Translations under genes and position numbers: made by a program
Notes under the pieces: model-generated
What the model saw: only the letters and a program-made list of their open reading frames with translations
The model's database searches: none
What the model was told of the DNA's origin: nothing
Virus record (IMG/VR): IMGVR_UViG_3300010048_000023
Span: 1-40,048 of that record
Reading direction: 5' to 3' (one strand)
Length of the DNA: 40,048 nucleotides
From: a virus
Taxonomy: Duplodnaviria; Caudoviricetes
Shown: positions 25,625-33,020 of the stretch, piece after piece
How the letters are laid out: every line of letters starts with the position of its first letter
Position numbering within the stretch: the stretch's first letter is position 1

Positions 25625-26503
25625 CTACTGGCTCGCTGCTGTCTGTGGTTGAGATTGCGGGGCTTGCCGTTGTGGCATGCGGCGCACGACAATGCTTTGC
25701 GCCGGCTCCCAACTATAGATGACCTTATTGTCAACGTTGCCACTTTCCATCAGGTAGTAACTGCCGCCTGGTCCTTCTGCGACCTGTCCGGTGGCAATGC
25801 CGACATGGCCGCCAGTCTGCCCAGCCGCGTGTCCCTTCGGCTGCACCAGCACGTCGCCAGCCTGTGGGTCGCCTTGCACTGGCTGGCCCCATTGCAGGAA
25901 GCTCGTGGCTACGTCCCGCGTCTTGCCGGTGGTGCCGGCGACGCCGTTGGCGTTCAGCACGCCATTGACGAATGCCGCGCACCAGTTCGCCTTGGTAGCG
26001 TCCAGACCTTGCGCATTGGCTCGCAGGAAACGGTTGATGGTCGCGCCGGTCTGGCCAATCTGGCTGGCGCCAGTCGTTGCTATGTCACCCCCTACGTCCT
26101 GTGTCGCAGGTAGCAGTGACATATCTGGATAGGATTTGGTCGCCTTCGCGATATAGGTTTTGTCCCACTTCGCCGGATCAGCGCTGCCGGATTGGTAGTA
26201 GCCGAATGCGCCTTCCGGCGACTGCGTAGCGTTCAACCCGTCCGCCAGCACTTGCATACCGATCGGCACGGCCCAACGCATGTCATGCAGGTCGATTGCA
26301 TTGGGATCGAGCCCAAGCTTGACAGCCGCCGCCTTCGCCGTCTCCGGCTTAATTCGCATTGGACCAGCGGCTCCATCGGGCGCGTCCTTCACGTCCACGT
26401 CGCCGCTGCTTTCAACGTGAAAGATTGTCTTGCCGAGTTGGGGGTTGACGTTCAGTGCGGCGCCCCATGCATCGAACAGATCGTCATAGCCGTTATTAGC
26501 CAC
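25625..26503 (-). CDS. Virion peptidoglycan hydrolase: SLT-like domain plus NlpC/P60-CHAP (TIGR02594-like) domain
   Basis: HVESSG..AAGPM (transglycosylase Glu); NWCAAFVN...GHVGI...SGN. Confidence 0.8.
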   Translation of the reverse strand: MANNGYDDLFDAWGAALNVNPQLGKTIFHVESSGDVDVKDAPDGAAGPMRIKPETAKAAAVKLGLDPNAIDLHDMRWAVPIGMQVLADGLNATQSPEGAFGYYQSGSADPAKWDKTYIAKATKSYPDMSLLPATQDVGGDIATTGASQIGQTGATINRFLRANAQGLDATKANWCAAFVNGVLNANGVAGTTGKTRDVATSFLQWGQPVQGDPQAGDVLVQPKGHAAGQTGGHVGIATGQVAEGPGGSYYLMESGNVDNKVIYSWEPAQSIVVRRMPQRQAPQSQPQTAASQ

Positions 26504-28145
26504 CGGTTGGCGTTCTCACACCGAAGGTTGGCGTGCTCAGTCCTAGTTGGCGAGACATGCCGATTGCTCGAGCCAGCCGCCTTTCGGCCTCTGGGTTGTT
26601 CGCTACGTCCTTCTTAATCTGCGCCTGCTCTTCCGGAGTATAGAGGCCCCAATCCCAGATAAAGCCCCGCGGATCAGTGCTTTGCGCAATGTCCGACTGG
26701 TTGCCGAGGAACTTCTCGCCGCGGCTGCCGGCGATTTTCTTCTCTGCGTTCACCGCTGCCATGCTTTGAATTTGCTTGCCGAGGTCATTCAGCAGCAGCG
26801 TGCGATTGGTTGGGTCGGCCAGTAGCTCTGAAGCGTTTGACTTGCCGGCCATTTCTCTGGCCATGTCAGTTCCCCCGCTTAACATTCCCCTGTCCAGCAT
26901 CAACCGCACCGCGTCCTTGCGGAACTCTTCATAGTTCGCGAGGTTCGCCGTGGCGCCTGGCGCCAGGGCGCCATACCCTTGCAGGAAGTTAAACAGGCCT
27001 TGCACGTTGTCCTGGGTCTTGCCGGTAGATATCAGTTTCAGCACATCGAGTGCGCGTTTCATGGTTTGCGCTGTTGTCACCTGCTGCGGGATGGCAGCCT
27101 GCGCGGCGGTGTAGGCTTCGGTGTTTTTCTGTACCTGGGCTTCAGCGCCGGTTGGCGCAGCCGTCGGCACTCCAGCGGTTGGAGTTGGTGGCGTCGGTGC
27201 TGGCGGCTGTGCCACAGGGCGTGGCTGGTAGCCGCCCTTTAACTGCGTATTCGGCGGCGGGGGTGGTGGCGCGGCAGTTGTTGCGCCGCCGCTTGTCCCG
27301 CCCCCCGGTGCGCCGAGACTGCCAGGAGGCGTCGCCCCCATAACTGGACCGGCCGCGACGGCTCTCTTTTCCCAACGCACCGCAGACGGGTCGTTACTCG
27401 ACACCGGCTGGTTCTGAGCGTTGTAGCCTTGAACAGTGTCTTGTGGTCGGAAATAGGCGTCGGGCGACTGAGAATGTCCGATGCCGCCTCCTACAATCAC
27501 CTGTGGCGGGGTGCCAGGCGTTCCTTGAATGATCGTCTGCGGCGCCGAAGTCCCGCCGAAGGCGCCCATTGTCGTCTCACCAGCCGCGCGACCAAGTGCG
27601 GCACCAGGCTGTGCCAGTGACATCGCAGCCAGACCATGGTTGTAGGCCCACTGCTGAATGACGGCTGGCCCTTTGCCCTTAACGGAATCAATCTCCTGAT
27701 CAACCCGGTCCTTGGGGTAGCCGGACCGATACATATCCTGCCGGACCATTTCGAGATTATCATCAGTAGGCTGGCGCACGAGCGTAAGTGCCGCGGCCCC
27801 GATGTTGCTCATATGCCTGGCGGTCTGCTCCAACTGCTGGCCCATGATATTCGAGGTATTCTGCAGGTTCTTGGCCATGCCCATCTGGGCAATCGGCCCC
27901 ATGCTGGCGGCGATGCGCTGCGCCTTCGGAAAGTCTACCACGCCTGACTGCGGGTCGGTCGCCTGCTGCAGAGCGTTGCCCCACGCCTCCTGCGCCTGCT
28001 GGTCGCGGAGTTGATAGATACGGCCAGCCACAGTGGTTGCGTCACTCAACGCCGCCAGCGGGTTGACGGTGGCGGGATGCATAATCCCTTCCAGCACGTT
28101 GCCGCTGCGGATCGCGTCGGAGAGTGCATTGAGGCTGTCAGACAT
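26496..28145 (-). CDS. DNA ejection protein (gp20-like position)
   Basis: Q/A-rich helical protein with a Pro-rich linker, following the gp7-like gene. Confidence 0.65.
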   Translation of the reverse strand: MSDSLNALSDAIRSGNVLEGIMHPATVNPLAALSDATTVAGRIYQLRDQQAQEAWGNALQQATDPQSGVVDFPKAQRIAASMGPIAQMGMAKNLQNTSNIMGQQLEQTARHMSNIGAAALTLVRQPTDDNLEMVRQDMYRSGYPKDRVDQEIDSVKGKGPAVIQQWAYNHGLAAMSLAQPGAALGRAAGETTMGAFGGTSAPQTIIQGTPGTPPQVIVGGGIGHSQSPDAYFRPQDTVQGYNAQNQPVSSNDPSAVRWEKRAVAAGPVMGATPPGSLGAPGGGTSGGATTAAPPPPPPNTQLKGGYQPRPVAQPPAPTPPTPTAGVPTAAPTGAEAQVQKNTEAYTAAQAAIPQQVTTAQTMKRALDVLKLISTGKTQDNVQGLFNFLQGYGALAPGATANLANYEEFRKDAVRLMLDRGMLSGGTDMAREMAGKSNASELLADPTNRTLLLNDLGKQIQSMAAVNAEKKIAGSRGEKFLGNQSDIAQSTDPRGFIWDWGLYTPEEQAQIKKDVANNPEAERRLARAIGMSRQLGLSTPTFGVRTPTGG

Positions 28146-28153
28146 GGCTCACC

Positions 28154-28954
28154 TCACGCTGATTGAGCACCAGGTCCAGGCCCAAATTCATACATTCCAG
28201 GCGCTGGGTTAGGGACGGTATATCCGCTCGTCGTCGGATGCAGCGCCTGCTGCAGCGCATTGTAGGCGAGGTAGTTATTAACCGACCCGGTGATAGCGTT
28301 GCTGGCCCCCATGGTGCCGGCCGCACTCGCGAGGCCGCCTTGCGCCAGATAGTTGCCGGCGGTTGCTGCCGCACTGGTGCCAGCCGTCCCGGTCTGCGCT
28401 GCGGCATTCTCGCCAAGCGCTGCCGTCTGATACAGTCGGCTATACTGGTTCTGCAGATTGCCCTGCTGCGCGGTGTTGAGGTTGATGAGGTCCTGAAAGC
28501 GCTGCTGCTGGACATTGAATTGGTCCAGATATGTTTTGTCGCTCAACCCCGTCGCATAATCGGCCGCACCCTTGAGGCTCGCGCCGGATACACCGAGCCC
28601 TCTCGCCGCAGCCGCGCTCTGCACGCTCTTGAGGCCCTGCGACAGCGTGAACTGATAGCCTGGCGTCTTCTCCAACTCCGCCTGCGTCATCTGTCCCGGC
28701 CGCTCGCCAGCCGCCTGCGTCACGTAATCGGGACCGCCGCCAGTGGGTCCGGAGCGCGCAAGCGCCGTCAGCGGGTCCAATACGCTCTCGCCGGCGGCGC
28801 GGAATGGCCCCAGGTCGCCGCGCGTCATCAGATACATCTGCTGCTGTAGCGCCGCTGCGCTCTTCGCCGCGCCCGACGACTTGCCGGAACCCACGAGGGC
28901 CGATCCGGCGCTAAGCGCTCCCGCTCCGGCTACCGCCGCTGCTGTCCAGGGCAC
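28154..28954 (-). CDS. DNA transfer protein, P22 gp7-like
   Basis: Gly/Ala N-terminus; TPGYQF..QG...AAARGLGVSGASLK. Confidence 0.85.
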   Translation of the reverse strand: MPWTAAAVAGAGALSAGSALVGSGKSSGAAKSAAALQQQMYLMTRGDLGPFRAAGESVLDPLTALARSGPTGGGPDYVTQAAGERPGQMTQAELEKTPGYQFTLSQGLKSVQSAAAARGLGVSGASLKGAADYATGLSDKTYLDQFNVQQQRFQDLINLNTAQQGNLQNQYSRLYQTAALGENAAAQTGTAGTSAAATAGNYLAQGGLASAAGTMGASNAITGSVNNYLAYNALQQALHPTTSGYTVPNPAPGMYEFGPGPGAQSA

Positions 28955-28969
28955 TTCACCTACTCCTTA

Positions 28970-29488
28970 TCAACCAACTCTAGCGAAACGCCCATGCACC
29001 CGCTTTGCAGCCGTGGCATATGCGAGATGTGCGGCTTCAGGCGTCGAGTATCGCCCAAGGCAGGTCTGTTTTCCTTTAAACTTTATCCTGGCCCGCCATT
29101 GGCCAGTGTTGGCACAAAACGAGACACCCTTATAGCCGCTAACGTTTGACGCGGCGCCAGTCCTGTTAGCGCTATTCTGACTCCGCGATGCCAGCCTTAG
29201 ATTGATCCATCGATTATCGCTGCGATCGCCATTAACATGATCCATATGCTTTTGAGGCCAGCGGCCGGTCATCCACAAGTAAACTACCCGATGCACGAGA
29301 TGTGGACGGCCACCAAAAGACACTTGCAGATAACCATTCCCTGTCGGAGCCCCAGTGATCTCACCAGCATTCCGGGTAACCGGCCTGCCATGTTTGCCCA
29401 AATATACCTTTCGTTGCAGCAGGCCCGTCTCTGGATTGTAGTAAAACCTTGCCCGGGCTTCGGCGGCAGTCGGTCGCTTGCTACTCAC
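28970..29488 (-). CDS. HNH-AP2 homing endonuclease
   Basis: YNPETG, HRVVY..DHVNGDRSDNRWINLR, AP2 SGYKGV..WRARI..LGRY. Confidence 0.92.
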   Translation of the reverse strand: MSSKRPTAAEARARFYYNPETGLLQRKVYLGKHGRPVTRNAGEITGAPTGNGYLQVSFGGRPHLVHRVVYLWMTGRWPQKHMDHVNGDRSDNRWINLRLASRSQNSANRTGAASNVSGYKGVSFCANTGQWRARIKFKGKQTCLGRYSTPEAAHLAYATAAKRVHGRFARVG

Positions 29489-30026
29489 AGCGCATGCTTA
29501 CAATAACGGAAATCCGATCACAGTCGCCGGCATTCTCGACCGAATGGATCAAAGCATTATCAAAGGTCCAAACGGTTCCGGCCTCGAACATACGTTCATC
29601 TCCATCGCAGATGACAACTGCCGAGCCAGCCACAGTAAGATGCACTTTACAATTATAATGAAGGCATGCCCACGAGCCCGCGTCGCTGTGCGGCAGGATC
29701 GCGGCACCTGGCGGCAGCCGGGTGATGATAATGCTGCCCAACTCGACAGCGCTCACGCGCGCCATGAGGCCGAACACCAGCGGACGCAGCGCAGGCAGCG
29801 CGTGCCACGCCGGCCAGAAGACGTTGCGATGCTCCCCGCTGCGGCGCTCAATGGTGATATCCGCCTCCGGCATGTACCGGGCGGTAATGTCCTTCATGGA
29901 AGCGTGCGGTGAGCCGGGATAGGTGCGCCGCTGCGGATTGCGGTCCCACAGCGCTTCATTGCGCGCCAACTCAATCGCCAAAGGCCCCACGTCCACATTC
30001 TGCGCAATGAGGGTAAAGCGGCTCAC
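29481..30026 (-). CDS. Asp/Asn beta-hydroxylase-like 2OG-Fe(II) dioxygenase
   Basis: ILPHSD (HxD), WTFDNALIHSVEN, RISVIV. Confidence 0.85.
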   Translation of the reverse strand: MSRFTLIAQNVDVGPLAIELARNEALWDRNPQRRTYPGSPHASMKDITARYMPEADITIERRSGEHRNVFWPAWHALPALRPLVFGLMARVSAVELGSIIITRLPPGAAILPHSDAGSWACLHYNCKVHLTVAGSAVVICDGDERMFEAGTVWTFDNALIHSVENAGDCDRISVIVSMRCE

Positions 30027-31060
30027 TGGAGCTCCAGCACGAAGCGTTGCCCGGTTTGCTTCGCCCCGAGCCGGCGATACAGCAACCCAACGCGTGTGCT
30101 GTCGGGCTGGAACATGAGCACGCGGTTGACGCCATGGGCGCGCAGATCATCGATCGCGGCTTGCTGCAGTTTGCGTCCCAATCCCGGCCATGTCGGGTCG
30201 GCAAAGAACGATACCTGGTCCGCCTCCAACTGGTCGCGCGCGTGGAACGCCTCGCCGAGAGCGGTCACCAGATACGCGAACATTCTGCCATTGCTGCGGG
30301 CGGTCATGATGTGCAGGTTGCCGGTGGCTTCGATGCGCTCGAGCAGCGGGATATTCATGGCGCGCCATGCGGCGGGTTCCTCGCCCATCATCACGCATTC
30401 CTCAGCCATGAGCCGCTGACCATCCCGGTCATTGAATGCCTGCCACAACCCCTCCTGCTGGAATGTGATGCCGTCCAGTGCGTGAGAGCGTGTGAACCGG
30501 CGCAGGATTTCGTGCTGAGCCAGACGGCGCAGCTTCTCAGTCTGGGTCGCATATGCAACGGCATAGCGCATCATCAGTGGCAGGCTGGCTTGGATGTTGA
30601 CCGCCGCGCAGGCCTGCCACCAATCGTGGTCGTGCGGGTAGGGCAGGCAATGGGTGAACAAATCGGCGCACGCGCTTTCGTCAGCCAACTCGTCAAACGT
30701 CAGTCGCAGCACATTCGGCAACCGCTTCTCGATTTGGTTCAGCTTAGCCTCATGATGCTTCAGCACGGCCCGCATGACATCGTCGTCAAACGCCATCCCG
30801 CCGCGGCGCAGAGAGGCCAGGACGGCGTCTATTGGCCTGCGCAGTGTGACATAGCGGGCCGGTGGCGCGAGCCGCCAGAACGGTGCTGCGGCGGTTTCTA
30901 CGGTGCCGACGCATGGCTGTGCGAACCACGAGCGAATGTCCTCCAGGCTTCGGCAGTGTCGCAATTCGTCATGGCCACACAGGTATTCTTTGTAGGTGAG
31001 GTAGCGGCTAAGCCAGGCGCTGCGGCTCCTGGGCATAGCGAAGACAATGAACGGCTCCAT
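30023..31060 (-). CDS. Sulfotransferase-like P-loop domain fused to a GNAT acyltransferase
   Basis: FIVFAMPRSRSAWLS..HDE, LRRPIDAVLASL; C-terminal FFADPTWPGLGRKL...LYRRLG. Confidence 0.7.
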   Translation of the reverse strand: MEPFIVFAMPRSRSAWLSRYLTYKEYLCGHDELRHCRSLEDIRSWFAQPCVGTVETAAAPFWRLAPPARYVTLRRPIDAVLASLRRGGMAFDDDVMRAVLKHHEAKLNQIEKRLPNVLRLTFDELADESACADLFTHCLPYPHDHDWWQACAAVNIQASLPLMMRYAVAYATQTEKLRRLAQHEILRRFTRSHALDGITFQQEGLWQAFNDRDGQRLMAEECVMMGEEPAAWRAMNIPLLERIEATGNLHIMTARSNGRMFAYLVTALGEAFHARDQLEADQVSFFADPTWPGLGRKLQQAAIDDLRAHGVNRVLMFQPDSTRVGLLYRRLGAKQTGQRFVLELQ

Positions 31061-31102
31061 TGTCTCAGGGCAGGAGACCAGCCGAGACTGGCCTCCCACC
31101 TA

Positions 31103-31177
31103 CTAGCGGAGTAGGATCTTGATCCGCACGCGGATCAGGACCACTATCCGCAGCAGGAGTTGGTGATGTCCTAGCAT
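31103..31177 (-). CDS. 24-aa cationic amphipathic peptide flanked by hairpins
   Basis: GGGAGAAAG RBS; MLGHHQLLLRIVVLIRVRIKILLR. Confidence 0.5.
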   Translation of the reverse strand: MLGHHQLLLRIVVLIRVRIKILLR

Positions 31178-31233
31178 CACTTTCTCCCGTGAGATGCCGC
31201 CAGGACCGCCCTGGCGGCGTTTCCACGTATAGC

Positions 31234-31701
31234 TCAGGCAATCGACAGCGTCCCGCTGTTGTTCCACACGGAACCCGCCGGCAGTCCCGTCTTGGAGGTG
31301 GGAATACCGCTGAGCACCAGCGAGCCAGTTGCCGTCACGGTACCCGTGAATGTCGGGCCGGCGAGAGGCGCGCGGCTAGTATCTGTTGGATGCACGTGAT
31401 CCCCGCGGCTGTAACCTGCCGCTATGCCCGGAGCTGCCGTCCCGTTCATTGTCGGCGCGGACGTATATGGCGCCGCGGAAGCAGCAATGGTGCCGCTGGT
31501 AATGGTAATGGTGCTGCCGTCCACCTTCACGACGCCCGCCGTGCCGGTGCTGGCAACCGGCAGGTTGGCAACGACGTAGGTATTCACCTCCGCCATCGTG
31601 CCGTGATAGGCGGTCGTGCTGCCGCTGCGTGCCACCGGCACCATGTCGGTTCCGACGAGTGTGGCGATATCGGCGGCCGCGCTGATCTTCGTGTCAGCCA
31701 A
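31234..31701 (-). CDS. Tail fibre-like small structural protein
   Basis: MADTKISA, GVVKVDGSTITI, SRGDHVHPTDTSRAPLAGPTFTG fibre motifs. Confidence 0.7.
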   Translation of the reverse strand: MADTKISAAADIATLVGTDMVPVARSGSTTAYHGTMAEVNTYVVANLPVASTGTAGVVKVDGSTITITSGTIAASAAPYTSAPTMNGTAAPGIAAGYSRGDHVHPTDTSRAPLAGPTFTGTVTATGSLVLSGIPTSKTGLPAGSVWNNSGTLSIA

Positions 31702-32257
31702 GTATCCAACTCCCGCTGCCGTCCTCTAGCACCCAGTGCCCGCTGCCGTCCTCGAGCGTCATAGTGGACGTGACCAGACTGGACGTGCCTATGCTCAACA
31801 CGCTGCCGTTGAGCCACGGCATGCCGCCGCCAGGGTCCGTGGTTGGCAGGAACAACAGATTGCACTGCGCCCACAGCGAGCAGAGTTGGCTCTTCAGCAC
31901 GTAATTTGCCAAATCGGCTGACGTTGCGCCGTTACTAATTTGGAACTGCAACCCGTTGTCCACCGATGCCCGCTGGTTCGCTTCCGTCTGTATTGCCCGC
32001 TGCAATGCCTCGTCCGCCGTCTGCCGCGTCGAGGCCTCCGTCGCCAACTCGATGCCGAGCGTCTGGTCACCGGAGGCGCGCGCGGTTTCCTCCGCGTTCA
32101 GCTCGTCCTGCAACTGCTCCATCGACAGCCCGACAGTGCCGCCAGTGCGCTGTGCCATGCCGGCAAAGAAGCGGCGCCATTCCGGCCGCACCTCGCCGGT
32201 CACCGGGTCGGTCAGTGGCGATGTGGGCAGCGTCAGCGTGAGAGGGTTAGTGGCCAA
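31694..32257 (-). CDS. Tail needle-like coiled-coil virion protein (gp26-like)
   Basis: PLTDPVTGEVRPEWRRFF, then E...R..AD..L repeats; probable TTG start. Confidence 0.6.
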   Translation of the reverse strand: MATNPLTLTLPTSPLTDPVTGEVRPEWRRFFAGMAQRTGGTVGLSMEQLQDELNAEETARASGDQTLGIELATEASTRQTADEALQRAIQTEANQRASVDNGLQFQISNGATSADLANYVLKSQLCSLWAQCNLLFLPTTDPGGGMPWLNGSVLSIGTSSLVTSTMTLEDGSGHWVLEDGSGSWILG

Positions 32258-33008
32258 AGGCGATCCAGCAGAATGAGGACGTGGACGGATGCACAGCGTC
32301 GTCCGCCAGGGGGATGCTGCACCACACGTCGAAGCCTGCAGCGTCATACGTCACCGTGAACCACTGCGCGGACAGGTCGCTGCCAAGGTGGGTGACCGAC
32401 ACGGCAAGAGTGCCGGTGGGGAATGCGGTATCGTAGGTCACGCGCTGGTGCCCGCTGGTATCCGTGAAGCTGGTCCCCGTCTTCGGTTGGCCGGCAATCT
32501 GCGCCGCTAGTGCGGCTTCCGCAGCTTCGGCTCTCGCTATTTCCGCATTGAGGTCGTTGCGAAGCGATGTCTCTGCGGCTGTAGCGCGCGATATCTCATT
32601 ATTTAAATTCGTCGTTAGTGTTGCCTCTGCGGCCTCCGCTCTTGCGATCTCCGCATTGAGTGCTGCGGTGCTATCGACAATGCCCAATAGCGTCTTTGCA
32701 TTGGCAATCGTGCCACTGACTACCGGCTGCATCTCTGCGGAGACGACGCTACTCGTCCAGCCGTCATACACGAGATTGCCACCCACATCGCGGACGATGA
32801 CCCGATAATCGCCGGAACCCAGGAAGAAGCAGCGGCCCGCTGCATCAAGTGTGATGGGGTTTGTGTTGAGAGCCGTGCCGCCCGGATCAGTCCACGTATC
32901 CTTCGGCGTCGTCGTGCCGGGTATCAGCGTCTGTACTGTGCCGCCAGCGTAGGGATGACCATCAGCGTCGATCCACTGCGCCATCGGGGGGTTCATAGGA
33001 AGGGCCAT
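32247..33008 (-). CDS. Tailspike/fibre with a P22-like head-binding domain
   Basis: GHPYAGG...TTTPKDTWTD...NTNPITLDAAGR; EIARAEAAE coiled coil; C-terminal beta domain. Confidence 0.8.
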   Translation of the reverse strand: MALPMNPPMAQWIDADGHPYAGGTVQTLIPGTTTPKDTWTDPGGTALNTNPITLDAAGRCFFLGSGDYRVIVRDVGGNLVYDGWTSSVVSAEMQPVVSGTIANAKTLLGIVDSTAALNAEIARAEAAEATLTTNLNNEISRATAAETSLRNDLNAEIARAEAAEAALAAQIAGQPKTGTSFTDTSGHQRVTYDTAFPTGTLAVSVTHLGSDLSAQWFTVTYDAAGFDVWCSIPLADDAVHPSTSSFCWIAFGH

Positions 33009-33020
33009 AACGTCGCTCTC

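Noticed and set aside
28970-29488. A second intron around the HNH-AP2 gene
   Set aside because: Flanking genes are intact and abut it; no group I core motifs seen
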